The position numbers were made by a program, and so were the translations under genes. The notes below the pieces were generated by a model. That model saw only the letters and a list, made by a program, of their open reading frames with translations. It searched no databases and was not told the origin of the DNA. From positions 240,934,001-240,998,000 of the forward strand of contig NC_086097.1 in the NCBI RefSeq assembly GCF_963921235.1: DNA of 64,000 nucleotides. The letters are read 5' to 3'. Source of the DNA: Mobula hypostoma (taxonomy: Eukaryota). Below, piece by piece: positions 13,320 through 26,271 of the stretch; position 1 is the stretch's first letter; each line of letters begins with the position of its first letter.

Positions 13320-13800
13320 AAGATGACATGAAGGTCGGTGGTGTTGTGGATAGTGTAGAACGTCGTCATAGGGTACAACAGGACATTGATAGAGTGCAGA
13401 GCCGGGCTGAGAACTAGCAGACATAGCTCAGTCTGGAAAAGTGTGAAATGATTCACTTAGGAGATTTGAACTTGAACACAGAAAAGAGGGCTAATAGCAG
13501 GATTGTTAGCAGCGTGGAGGAACAGAGGAACCTTGGGGATCACATCCAAAGATTGTTCAAATTTGCAGCACAACTTGATGAGATGGTTAATGTGGTATAC
13601 GTTGCTTTGACCTTCATTGGCTGGCGGACTGAGTGACATCATCCCTATAAAACTCTGCTTAGCTCTATACAACTCTGCTTAGACCTCACTTGGAATATTG
13701 TGTTCAGTTGTGGTTGCCTCATTATAGGAAGGATGTGGAAGCTTCTGAGAGAATGCGGAGAAGATTTACCAAGATGCTGCCTGGATTGGAGAACATGTCC
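13320..13800 (+). mobile_element. CR1 RT C-terminal fragment
   Basis: (A)DDMKVGG..., LRPHLEYCVQLWLPHYRKDV..RRFTKMLPGL. Confidence 0.85.
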
Positions 13801-13801
13801 A

Positions 13802-15044
13802 TATGTCATAGGGGCAGAATTAGGCCATTCAGCCCATCCAGCCTGCTCTGCCATCCCATCATGGCTGATCCTGGATCCCACTCAACCCCATACACCTGCC
13901 TTCTCACCATGTCCTTTAATGCCCTGACCGATCAGGAAACTATCAACTTCCGCCTTGAGTTGACCCACACACTTGGCCTCCACTGAAGACTGTGGCAGAG
14001 CATTCCACATATTCACTACGCATATGCTAAAAAAAAATTCCTCCTTACCTGTAGTTCTGGATACCCTCACTATAGGAAACATCTTCTCCACATCCACTCT
14101 ATCCAGTCCTTTCAACATTCAGTAGGTTTTAATGAGAGATCCCCGCCCCCCACATTCGTCTAAGTTCCAGTGAGTGCAGGCCCAAAGCTGCCAAACGGTC
14201 CTAATATGTTAACCTTACATCCCTGAATTCAATCTCGTGAACCTCCTCCGGACTCTTTCCAAGGACAACACATCCTTTCTGAGACGAGGGGCCCAATTAT
14301 GTTGGCAAAACTCCAAGTGCGGCCTGACTAGTGTCTTATGGAGCCTCAGCATTACCACCTTGCTTTTATATTCTAATCCCCTTGAAATAAATGTCAACAT
14401 TGTACTTGCCTTCTTTACCACAGACTAACCTATAAATTAACCTTCTGGGAGTCTTGCATGAGAAATCCCTAGTCCCTCTGCACCCTGATGTTTGAACCTT
14501 CTCCCCATTTAAATAATAGTCCGCACTATTGTTCTTTTTACCAAAATGCGTCATTCATTTCCCAACACTGTAATCCATCTGACACTTTTTTTTGCCTATT
14601 CTTCCAATTTGTCTAAGTCCTGCTGCACTCACATTGCTTCCTCAGAACTACCTACCCTTCCACCTATCTTCATATCATCTGCAAACTTTACCACAAAGCC
14701 ATCAATTCCAATATTGAAATCGTTAACAAACAATGTGAAAAGTAGCAGACCCAATACAGACTCATAAGTAACATGACTCCTTACTGGCAGCCGACCAGGA
14801 AAAGCTGCCTTTATTCCCACTCGCTGCCATCTGCCTGTCAGCCATTCCTCTATCCATGCCAGTATCTTTCCTGTAACACCACAGGATTTTATCCTGATAA
14901 GCAGCGTCATGTACCTTATCTAATGCCTTCAGAAAATCCAATTGAATGACATCCACTGCCTCTCCTTTGTCCACCCTGCTCGTTACTTCCTCAAAAAACT
15001 TACAGGTTTGTCAGGCGAGAACTCCTTTCACAGAAACCATGCTG
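13802..15044 (-). mobile_element. CR1 LINE fragment (RT to 3' end), frameshifted
   Basis: Minus ORFs: GEAVDVIQLDFLKALDKV, SVLGLLLFTLFVND..KFADDMKIGG, LVRPHLEFC, LKGLDRVDVEKMFP. Confidence 0.9.
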
Positions 15045-15422
15045 ACTTGATAGAGGTATTTAAAATTATGAAGGGGATAGATAGAGTTGACATGGATAGG
15101 CTTTTTCCATTGAGAGTGGGGGAGATTCAAACAAGAGGACATGAGCTGAGAGTTAAAGGGCAAAATTTTAGGGGTAACATGAGGGGGAACTTCTTTACTC
15201 AGAGAGTGGTAGCTGTGTGGAACGAGCTTCCAGCAGAAGTGGTTGAGGTAGGTTCGATGTTGTCATTTAAAGTTAAATTGGATAGATGTATGGATAGGAA
15301 GGGAATGGAGGGTTATGGACCGAGTGCAGGTCGGTGGGACTAGGTGAGAGTAGGAGTTCGGCATGGACTAGAAGGGCCGAGGTGGCCTGTTTCCATGCTG
15401 TAATTGTTATGTGGTTATATGG
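15045..15422 (+). mobile_element. Young CR1 3' end
   Basis: DLIEVFKIMKGIDRV...TRGHEL...NFFTQRVVAVWNELP, then the 3' UTR and a short ggttat-type repeat tail. Confidence 0.9.
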
Positions 15423-16207
15423 TTTGTTAAAAGTGGCCTAGTCATGGAAGAAAGGATTGGGAGAGGGATGTTATTCTGACAGGAGGTCTCTAACCACAGG
15501 GGTTTTGCTCAAACCAGTATCTGTTGTTTATGATATTGGATGCAAATGTAGGTAGACTGATCAGTAAGCTTGCAGACAACACAAAAATTGTTAGAGATTG
15601 GGGTTGAGAGGAAAATACATCAGCCAAAATGAAATGGTGCAGCAGACTCAAAGGGGCAAATGGCCTCATGGTAAACTTATTATCAAAGTATGCACATGTA
15701 ACCTACGTTGAGATTAATTTTCTTGCAGGCATTTACAGAAAAATAAAATACTTCAGAATTTATGAAAAACTATACATAAATACAGACCAACGTGCAAAAG
15801 ACAAATTGCACAAATATAAAAATAAGTAATACCGACAGGAGTTGTGGAGTGATGGAAAGTGCGTGCAAGCTGAGATATGAGGTCATGCATCTTAGACAAA
15901 AACATACCCATCACATTGATGTCACCCGAATCTTCCTACATATATGATTTATAATATTTACCACAAGTATCAAGCACACTGAAAAATGTTCATTTTAATT
16001 CTTGTTTTCAATTATATGGTTTAAAGTCTTTAAAGTACATTCTTCAAAAGTTATTAATGACTTCTTCTGATGTTCTTTTGCTGGTTGTGGTTTTAATTTT
16101 AATATCTGCTCGTCCATGCCATATTCTTTATCACCACCTCTGTATCATTACAAGGGTGTTGCTGGGACTTGAGGAACGCAGTTATTGGTAACGGTTGAAT
16201 ACTGTAG

Positions 16208-16431
16208 GGAAAAGGAAAGGTACGTCACATCCAGAGTTTCTCCGGTTAGCAGACGATTTCCCTCCACGCCTCTCTGACGCAGTGGGGAACCGCGTACGAG
16301 GCAAGTTACAGCAGTGGTTTGCCATTGCCTTCTGCCGGGTAAGTTTCCAAAGAGATCACCAGCTTGTAACCCAGCATGGATGGAAAGCGTGCAGGGGAGC
16401 CGGCTCGATTCGAACTCAGAACCTTCCGTCC
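16208..16431 (-). mobile_element. SINE with RTE/BovB-like segment, perfect 12-bp TSD
   Basis: TSD tgaatactgtag at 16196-16207 and 16432-16443. Minus strand has a B-box-like 'gagttcgaatc', 'gaaggcaatggcaaaccact' and a ccttt tail. Inserted in a CR1 fragment. Confidence 0.75.
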
Positions 16432-17619
16432 TGAATACTGTAGATTAGGACTTTATTCCCCGGAGCGCAGGAGAATGAAGGGAGATTTGATACAGGTACA
16501 CACAATTATGAGGGGTACAAATAGAGTAAATGCAAGCTTTTTCCACTGAGGTTGGGTTGGACTAGAACTATTAATGAATAGTTACTCATGAACAATTATT
16601 ACCTCTCAATCATTAAGCTCTTGAACCAAAGAGCTTCAACTTCACTTGCCCCATTATTGAAATGCTCCCACAAACTATGGACTCACCTTCACGACTCTTC
16701 ACCGCATGCTCTCGATATTTATTGGTATTATTATTACTTACTTTCTTTTTGTATTTAAACAGTTTGTCACCTTTTGCACAATGGTTATTACTCTGTTTTC
16801 GATTCACTGAGTATGCCCGCAAGAAAATAAACCTCAGGGTTGGAAATGGAGACATGCATGTACTTTGAAACTAAATTTACTTTGAATGTGGAACTCAGGG
16901 TGATGAGAGTGTGGAACAAGCAGCCAGCAGAGGTGGCGGATACAGGCTCGATTTCAACATTTCAGAGATATTTGGATATATACATGGATGGGAGGAGTAT
17001 GAAGGGAAATGGTCCTGGTGCAGGTCAACGGGTCTAAGCAGAGTAATAGTTTGGCACAGGTTAGATGGGCTGAGGAGCCTAATTTTGTGCTGTAGTGTTC
17101 TATGACTCTACTGGAAAATGATGCAAGGAAATGTAGATAGTCATTCATCCCCAATAATTACACTAATCCCATGGAATCCAACACTGAAGTTATAAATATA
17201 AACAATCCTGTTCTGCAGTAATACAGGCTATTTCGAGCACATATTTGTGGTCGGTCAACTCTAACGAATAAATTGCGAGTGTCTGATGAATCAGCATTGT
17301 TTACTGCACTCCTCTATACCCATTTTACCTCTATACCCACTTTACTTGCTTATCAAGAATCTCAGAATCAGATTTATCACTAACATGAAATCTGATGCTT
17401 TGTGGTCATATACAGTATAATATACATAAACATTTTCAATAAGTTACAATCAGAAATACAAATAAGTACTGCTAAAAGTGAGGTAGTGTTCATGGGTTCA
17501 TGATCCATTCAGAAATCTGACAGCAGAGGTGTAGATGATGTTCCCAAAAATTGAGTGTATGTCTTCAGGCTCCTGTACCTTCTCCCTGATGGTAGTTGTG
17601 AGAAGAGGGCATGTTCTGG

Positions 17620-17969
17620 ACATGTACCACTGCCATCAAGATTCATCTCCTTCTACCTTAAGCCACAAACTTATCAAACACGCCTGATGAGTTATTAACC
17701 TCAAACCTTCTGCATAATCACTCATTAAGAGTTGAACTGCATGTGCATGTAATGACATCTGTATAACTAATCTCCTTCTACCTTAGGCCGCGAACTTATC
17801 AATCACTCCTGCTGTGGCACTTTCCGGAGGTCCAAGATCCGTATGCTCCACGACCACTGGACTAAGTGTGTAAATGTAGGAGGGGACTATGTTAAAAAAT
17901 AAATGTGCTAGTTTTTCTAAAATTGACTCCTTCTACCTTAGGCCATGAACTTATCAATCACCCCTTGTA
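17620..17969 (+). mobile_element. mariner (irritans/Hsmar2-like) derived non-autonomous fragment
   Basis: Encodes the mariner C-terminus ..HDHWTKCVNVGGDYVKK* and ends in TIR-like 'ggccatgaacttatcaatcaccccttg' + TA. Confidence 0.75.
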
Positions 17970-18459
17970 CTCCTGACTCACTGCATGTGTGCCTTCAGAC
18001 TCCTGTACCTTCTCCTTGATGGCAGCAATAAGGGGGCATGCCCTTGGTGATGGGGGTCCTTAAGGATGCTGCCTTTTTGTGGCATTGCTCCTTCAAGATA
18101 GCACTAACATTTAATCAGTGACCCCCTCCCCCCACCTAGTTCTAGATTTTGCCTTTTGAGAAGGCATCTCCACATCCATCATGCCAAGTCCACTTTCAGT
18201 CACACTCTCCTACTAAACGTCAGATTCAAATTAATTTAGTTACCACATGAACAGTGAATCATACTGTGTTAACAACCAACACAACCCAAGGATATGCTGA
18301 GGGTGGCCAATAAATGTAGCCACACATTCTGGCCTCAACACATCATACCTACCATAACCACACAATACAGACCACAAGTGACAAACCAGCAACAGCAAAC
18401 AAGCCCCTTTCTTCTCTCCATCCCACTCTCCCACACACAAGGACAGTCCTCCACTCCTA

Positions 18460-18845
18460 GCATGAGCCTCCAGCTCTCTAAAGATGTCCTGGATACTTTG
18501 TACGCTAGTGCCCAAGATGGAGCTGATTAAACTTACAACCTTGTGCAGATTCTTTCGGTCCTGTGCAGTAGCCTCTCCATAACCAGACAGTGATGTAGCC
18601 TGTCAGAATGCTTTCCACGGTACAACTATAAGAAGTTTTTATGTGTATTTGTTGACATGCCAAATCTCTTCAAACTCCTAATAAAGTATAGCCGTTGTCT
18701 TGCCTTCTTTATGACTACATCGATATGTTGGGACCAGGTTAGATCCTCAGAGATCTTGACACCGAGGAACTTGAAGCAGCTCACTCTCTCCACTTCTGAT
18801 CCCTCTGTGAGGATTCGTATGTGCTCCTTCGTCTTACCCTTCCAT
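18460..18845 (-). mobile_element. Rex1/Babar RT C-terminal fragment
   Basis: ORF 18626..18868 VERVSCFKFLGVKISEDLTWSQHID..KKARQRLYFIRSLKRF. Confidence 0.85.
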
Positions 18846-21800
18846 GTTGCCTTCAGTAAGTCACTCACTTGGACTTCACGAGGTATGCTTACACAGATGA
18901 GGTATCAAGATTTAAAGATTTCAGTTCCTTGTGCAAAGTAGAAGTAAAGATTGCACAATGCATATCACTTTTCATTTTAGCATTTCAGATTACAAACTAT
19001 TTTTAAAGTCAAACCATACTATCCATCTGATTCCATGAGAAATCAAAAGCACCCAGAAACAGAAAGCATGAGAAAAAAAATTGCACAACCCCATAATCAC
19101 CAAAACAAAATTATTAACATTTGAACTTGTTCATTATCAAGTCACTCAGTTCCACACTTAAATAAAACTTGCAATGGAAAGGGCTACAGTGCACATAAGC
19201 AGGTTTTCATATTCGATAAATCAAAATAACTTCAAAGTTCAAAGTAAATTGATTATTAAAGTACATGCAAGACCATATAAAATCCTGAAATTCATTTTCT
19301 TGCAGGTATTTATGGTAGAAATACAATAGAATCAATGAAAAACCACCAAGTCTGACAAACATCCAATGTGCAAAGACAAACTGTGGAAATACAATATAGA
19401 CAGACATAGGCATAGTATGTACATGTTACTATATACTACCCTGAAATTCATTTTCTTGCAGGCATTCACAGTTGAAGAGATGTAATAGAATCAATGAAAA
19501 ACTACACACAAAGACTGACAAACATTCAATGTGCAATAGAAAATCTGTGCAAACAATAAAAAGATCGACAGAGACATACAGGCAGTCAATACTGAGAACA
19601 TGAGTTGTGAAGTCGTTGAAAGTGAGTAATTCATAACATGCACTGGTCTTTGAACCAGAATACAGTCAGATCCAGATCTGAGTATCAGGAAGCCAATTTC
19701 AAAAATACTTCTCAATGAGAAATTTTGAATGAGAAACATTGGTTCCTAAACCAGCACCCCAACGCATTAGGTTGAAAGAATTAGATTCTTTTGTATGTAC
19801 TGGGAGATTAATCTGAATCAACTATAAATATGGCAGGTAAAAGTCAGTTTACAAGTTTAACTATCAGCCTTTCTATAAGTCTAAAGGTCCAAGCACTGTA
19901 GGATTACCCACATCAATAGCAACTACATTGAATTATTACCAACAGGAGGAGTTGCTGGGTCAGACCAACCCTTACAGCACCAAACTGTAATTGATAATGA
20001 AACATAATACACCTTCTATGTTCATAACCATCAGTTGCCATTCTGCTGGAAAAAAAAGATGGTAAAAGCAGGAGTTAGAGAGACTGAACAGAACTGAACT
20101 GTATAGAACCTGAGCCAATAATCCATCTGTAATTTGTCAAAAGAACAGTGTAACACTAAAGAATAAAAAAATCATTTGGCAACGATACAATTCCTGCATA
20201 CCCTGCCAAATCTTACTTCAAATACATTTTTCTACACATCTGAGACATGGCTCTGCAGATACATCAGTCAGCTTGACGAGGAATGCGCTGTCAAAGTACG
20301 TAAAAGGATGAACACTTTCTTCAAATTGACAGATTTCACTCTTTGCATAATATACGGGGATTCTGGACCATGATGAAAGTAATCAATAAAAAGTGACAAT
20401 ACATTTAAGCATTAGTAAAGCTTCATAAAAAAAAAGAGCTCTCCACAATGATAAACACAGGATGCTGGAAATTCAGAGTAACACACACAAAATGCTGGAA
20501 GAACTCAGGTCAGCTAACATCAATGAAGAGTCGACACTTTGGGCCGAAACCCTTTCACCAGGATTCTTTCTACAATGAGAAAAGATTTCACAGACATAGG
20601 AAGAGGGAGGGTATGTTGATCAGATACTGAGTCAAGCACAAACGCAATAAAGGATAAAGCAATTTCTATTATTTTTATGATGATGTGTAGTATACAATTG
20701 ATGCAACTGTGCACCCTGCTCTGCTGAATCAATACTGGACACATCAAAATGATGATCTGTTGGTCTCCCCTCTCACTGTGCAAGGGGTGACATCTCTGTC
20801 GAGAGAGACAAAGACACACACACACACACACACAGTGGCATGTCAAAGTGCTGGGTTACGGACTGTAGTTTTTGATGAACCTAGATCATGGATTCTTTGG
20901 AGGTTTTGTTTTTGCTGGGTTGGTGGGTGGTGGACACTGATGCCTCCTGATGGAACGTGTGCGTGGGGAGGGGAGGGGGGAGGCTGCTTGTGCGTGGGAG
21001 GGGGTGACGGGGTTTTGGGGTTCTAATGTTTTTCTGTCATTCATTCTTTGGGTTTTTCTTCGTGGATGTCTGGAGAGTAAGAATTTCAGGGGGTATACAC
21101 TCTCTGGTATTAAATGGAACCATTGACACTATTCAAAGAATAGGTATCAAAGTGGCAAAATGTTTTACTCTATCGACTTGACACATCTGGCCCAGCTGTA
21201 CACTTCCTCGCACTGGATGATACAAAGCGCATTTCTTATTTGCAAACCCATATTAATTTCATTTATTGATTTTCAACTATTGTGTTGACACACAGTTTGA
21301 ATTTCATTTTCAATTGAATGGTCATATTTAAAAGCAGACTGCATTGTTACACCCAAAGCAAATGTATTGTCTCAGCAGTGTGTGCAATTCATTTGTGTTA
21401 ATATAATATGCCATCTTTGGGAGCAGTATATAAACAAAATAATATTTATTCTTTTCTAATGAAGAGGTATTTTATATAGCGCCTTCATTAGTATGGGAAT
21501 AGACAAGTCATAGTATTATATCGATATTTATCAGTGTGCAAAGCAAGTTCAAGTTCAGTTTATTGTCATTAATCCGTGCACATGTATACCACCAAACGAA
21601 ACAATGTTCGTTAGGACCAACATGCACAACACAGCACATTCTGTATAACCCACTTACAGAACACAAAGTAATATTACCGCAAATAAATTAACAAATAATA
21701 AGGTGCATTTACAACACAAGTTTAAAAAGTAAGCAGTATAATGCTACTGGTGCTTCATACGTGATGAGACCTGGGTGGTTAAAAGGAGCTCTGTATTCTT

Positions 21801-22514
21801 ACTTCTCAGGGGAAGAAACTGTTTCCCAGCCTAATAGTTCTTGGCTTAATGCTACGCTATGTCCTGCATGACGGTGGGGGGTTAGAGGCTAAAAGAGATT
21901 GTTGAACGGATGGGAGGGTTTGTTGACACTGCTAAGGACCCTGCTTATATAATGCTCCTGATAAATATCTCTGATGGGTGGAAGAATGGTCCTGATTATC
22001 TTTGCAGCAGTCCTCGTAAGGCTTTGTAGGGACTTGTGGTCAGATACCTTGCAATTCCCGTAGCTGCTGTGCTTCCTTATTCAAAGAGGTAGCATTGAGG
22101 GGCAAGGAACCACAACAAAGAATGGACATCTGGATAGTTAATTTTTTTAAAAAACTTTTGGTAGAAATGAATCACTGTGTTTGTTGAAAACATGACTTAC
22201 TACTCTTAACAAATTTACAAATGTAATTCCTTTTAGTCCTCCATCCATTTAGGTTCCTTGGCTCCAAGCACATGGTAGGCTCGTTATTCTTCTTAATAAG
22301 CTACCTCACACTTGAGGGTGGTGAAATTAAATTTTTTGCTTATATACCAAAAGGCAAGTTTGTCAACAATTTCATAGCCTCCCTCGGTACTAAATATATT
22401 TACGTCATTCTACCAATTTGTGCTGCCTTGCAAAACTGAGTATGCGCTTCTGATTGTCAAATCTAAATTACTTACATAACTGGCTCCAAGTAATCCCAAC
22501 ACTCATCCCTATGG

Positions 22515-23225
22515 AGCGGAGTTACGATGGCCCTCAACAGTGATAACTCGAACTCATCTGCAGAAACAGCTTAATTTTTTTAACTTTGATGTCTCTCTTT
22601 TCCCTTTTCAGGGTGGAACAGGGTGCTTTTGAAAACCCTGACCTAGAGTTGCACTCAAACTTCGGTTCTTTGCAGTGATGGGACCCAGTCCGGGGAGCTG
22701 TCGTCTGACCACTTTTCGAAATCCCAAGGACACGGCCTGGAAAACGAGCACACCTTTGAGGCTCCGAGCTTTTGTGGCCCTGTGGATGGGCTGATTCTAA
22801 GCCGGTGCTGCTGACTAAGGCGTCACAAGAGAAAACGGTACATCGGGAGCAGCAGATCAGCTGTCGGAGGCTCTGTACTCGGTGGGTATCTCTCTTTTTA
22901 AAGAATCACTCTCTCACCTCCTTTTCCCCTCTATTAGGGAGAGAGAGCCTGTGGTATGTCGCATTGTCAGGTGAACAATTAGTTTTTGTAGGCCTTGCTT
23001 GGTGGGTGGAGGGTGTTGATGCTTTTTTTGTGCAAGTGGGTGGGGGTGGGGAGGGTCAGTGCTTTGCTGCTGCTTGTGCGTGAGTGTAAGGGGGGGGGTT
23101 CTAACATTTTAACTGTCAATCATTCCTTGGGGCCCTCTCCTGTTTTCAAGCATGTCTGTGAAGAACAAGAATTTCAAGATGTATATTGCATACATTTACC
23201 TGATATTAAGTGGAACTACTGAAAC
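22515..23225 (+). mobile_element. Non-autonomous retroposon (probably Rex1-related)
   Basis: Its GT-rich 3' half and tail ('caagaatttcaagatgtatattgcatacatt..gatattaagtggaac') are shared with 20790-21130. No coding capacity seen. Confidence 0.45.
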
Positions 23226-23486
23226 TATGGAGCATTTCTTCTCACCTTCCACTCTTTAATCCTTAACTGTACCCAACAGCATTGGAAACATGCCCTCTTC
23301 TCATTGTTACCATCAGCAACGTGGTACAGGAGCCTGAAGTCTCACACTCATCATAGGAACAGCTTCTTTCCGTTCGTCATCAGATTTCTGAATGGTCCAT
23401 GAACACTACCTGACCACAATAAACACAAGAGATTCTGCAGATGCTGGAATTCCAGAGCAAAACACACAAAATACTGGAGGAACTCA

Positions 23487-26271
23487 TAGTCCGTGAGCCA
23501 CGACCCCAAATTTGAGCCGCCGGTATCATCCGGGGGGAATAATTCTCATAGTGATTTTTGGCAAGGTATACACCCCTAGTGCTAGAAAATATGTGATAGT
23601 ATTGCAGCAGTGGTAGCTTTCTGTGAGGGGGACTGGGAGTTGCACCTGCATGCTATAAGAACCATGATCCCATGGTGCTTTGCCTATGATGAGATGAATT
23701 ATGTCCCCTTACTTTGCTCAGATGATGAACCTCCCAGAGAAGAATCCTTCTGTGTATGAGGCCTTCAAGACAGGCCAATTCTCAGTGCAGCTGTCAAGTA
23801 ACAACCCCTTTGGGCAGATCCCTGTGGACCAGGCTATTGAAGCCACAGTGAACAAAGACACACAGACTCCTGGAGGCACATCACGGTTCAGCCTGAATGC
23901 TGGAGCTATCAAGTGTTACTACATAACAGCTGAGCACCGCAGTGCATTCCTGGGACAGTTAAGGGAGATGGTGCAAGGCAAGAAATCAGAGCTTTGCCAT
24001 GCGGAGCCACAGTGGCCAAGAATCCAGAAAGATGAGGAAGCAGTTTCAGCAGTGGGTAGCCTCATACATGAATTGGTCAACCCATTTGCAGAGAAGCGGG
24101 ACCTCATTAGCTTCTCTACAGCAAAGGCGGCCCCCAAGGACATTGCCTCCGACCTGATGAAGGAATAAGAGATTGGTGAGCAATGCTATGCAACCTTCAA
24201 GTATGAGAGACTAGAGGAAGACCCACCAGCAAAGAAATTCTATGACCCAATGAAAACCAACAAGCTGAAAACATTCAGTGATATGTGTAAGAAGAGAGAA
24301 GTGAAATCAAATGGGAGGGCGATCATCCTGAAAGCAGACAGGTCTCTGTTTGGTCACATCATAGTAACGGCACAAGGAGGATATACATATGGAGGATATA
24401 CTTTCTCATCCCCTTGGACCATTGCCCTGAGCCATACCACACAAGAAGGATTGCTGAGAAAAACAAATAAAGCTACTTTAGCCACAACCTTGCAGAAAAA
24501 TGTAGCAGTAGAAGAGCAACTCCCAGGAAACTCTGCTACAGTGGTTGATGGAATGAACTTGGTCCAAAGGGTGAAAGGTAATCAAGTTACTTTCAGAGAT
24601 GTGGCCACAACAAATCTGGTATGGCTCTTCTGAGGGAAGGCAGTCGGAGTAGCAGAATAGATGTTGTGTTCGACACATACAAGGAGAACTCTATCAAAAA
24701 TAGTGAAAGATCTCTACGGGGTGAAGAGACTGGTTGTGAGTTGCAAGGTATCACAGGCACACAGATGGTGAGGCAGTGGAGGAGCTTCCTAACCTAAGTC
24801 AGTAACAAAAGTAGTCTCATTAGCTTCATAGTCCATGAATGGAGGAAGGCGGAGTACAGGGCAAAGCTACAGGAGAAGATTCTCTATGCAACTGTGAATG
24901 ACAAATGTTACAGAATCACATCTCAAGACAGTGAGGTGTCAGCTCTTCAGCATCAACAAGAAGCAGATGGCTGCCTACTTCTCCATGCTGTCCATGCCAC
25001 AAAAGAGAGATACCAATCTGTAGTGATCTGCTCAGAAGACACAGATGTCTTTATCATGTCTTTAGCATTTTGTGACAAGATGGAGGCCCCACTGTTCCAG
25101 AAATGTGGCACTAGAACCCGTACAAGGCTTGTAGACATCAGGAAGTTTGCTGCCACTGTTGGCACAGAGGTCTGTAGGGCTCTCATTGGGTTGCACACAT
25201 ATACAGGATGCAGCACTGCAAGCGCTTTTGCAGGCAAAGGGAAGACAAGTGCCCTAAAACTTCTGACCAGCAACAGGGAAACTCGGGACACATTCTTAGA
25301 GTTGGGTCAGGAATGGGACCTCTCCCCAGAACTGATGGACAAACTGGAGGCATTTACATGTCTCCTGTATGCCCCAAAAGCATCAACCACCAAGGTCAAC
25401 GAGCTCAGGTATCACCTTTTCTGTGCTAAAAAAGGTGAAATCGAAAGTCATCAACTCCCACCATGCAAGGACTGCTTAACAAAACATGCACAGCGAGCCA
25501 ACTACCAGGCTGGTATATGGAGAAGGACCCACAAGTGCCAAGTCCTGTTGGCAGAGGATGGAAGATGGAGAGAGAAGAGGAAGCTGAACAGTTGGTGGTG
25601 CACTGGATGGAAGGCCAGCCAGCACCCGATGCCGTCCTGGATCTACTGGCCTGTAACTGTCCAAAAAAATGTTCACTCCCAAGATGTATGTGTGTTGCAA
25701 ATGGCCTCAGGTGTACTGACATGTGTAGACTGGCAGACTGTGAGAACCAGGCATCCACCTCAGAGAGTGTGGAAAGTTCAGATGAAGATGTGGAAGACGT
25801 GGAAGACTTGGAAAATTATTATGATTATTAATAGGTTATGAAAGTAAGTAAAGAAAGCAGTCTTTGATTAAATATATTCATTTTACAACCAAATGGGGCC
25901 TAGGTTATGGCCGTGTGGAACCGCACATTTGAATTATTGTACTGTAATTCTATATGTTATGACAAAATCTTAAGATTGTCTTGATTTGATACAACAATAT
26001 GGAAAATATTGTGACATGGATAAAACTCCAGAAATCTCGACAAATGAGGTTTTTTTTTTACCTTTTTGGGGGGTGGGGTAACATTTTCTGCTGTACTGAT
26101 GTTAATATGGAATATATACAAAAAGTGATTACTTATTTGAAGTAATAAAGCTACCGGTGGTGCAATGCTATCACATATTTTCTAACTCTAGAGATTTATA
26201 CCTTGCCAAAAATCACTATGAGCATTATTCCCCTCAGATGGTACTGACCAACCCTATTGACTCACAAACAA
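23487..26271 (+). mobile_element. Academ superfamily (AcademX-type) DNA transposon, internally deleted
   Basis: Left end TAGTCCGTGAG; right end reverse complement TTGTTTGTGAG. Inner TIR blocks 23521-23620 and 26147-26246 are 86/100 identical by hand count. 3-bp TSD TCA (23484-23486, 26272-26274); removing the element restores the Penelope motif ggaggaacTCAgcaggtcagg. Confidence 0.85.
23622..25831 (+). pseudogene. Disrupted Academ-type protein: transposase C-terminal part + XPG/FEN1-like nuclease + Cys8 finger
   Basis: Joined across stops and frameshifts: EGDWELHL..IPWCFAYD..NY, DQAIEATVNKD, NPF, VVDGM, RIDVVFDTY..SIKNSER..RG, QEADGCLLLHA, SEDTDVF, LHTYTGCSTASAFAGKGK, LPPCKD..HAQRANYQAGIW, then CNCPKKCSLPRCMCVANGLRCTDMCRLADCEN and an acidic tail. 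Confidence 0.85.

Noticed and set aside
17647..17967. Spaced direct repeats superficially like a CRISPR array
   Set aside because: Eukaryotic context, irregular long spacers, no cas genes; the repeats are mariner terminal sequences.
20213..20310. Minus-strand exon-like segment (tttgacag| ... |gtaag, 71 nt)
   Set aside because: All three frames contain a stop and no partner exons were found.
24894..25841. 315-aa ORF as a host XPG/FEN1/asteroid-like gene
   Set aside because: It is intronless, frameshifted, and enclosed by TIRs and a TSD, so it is transposon-borne.
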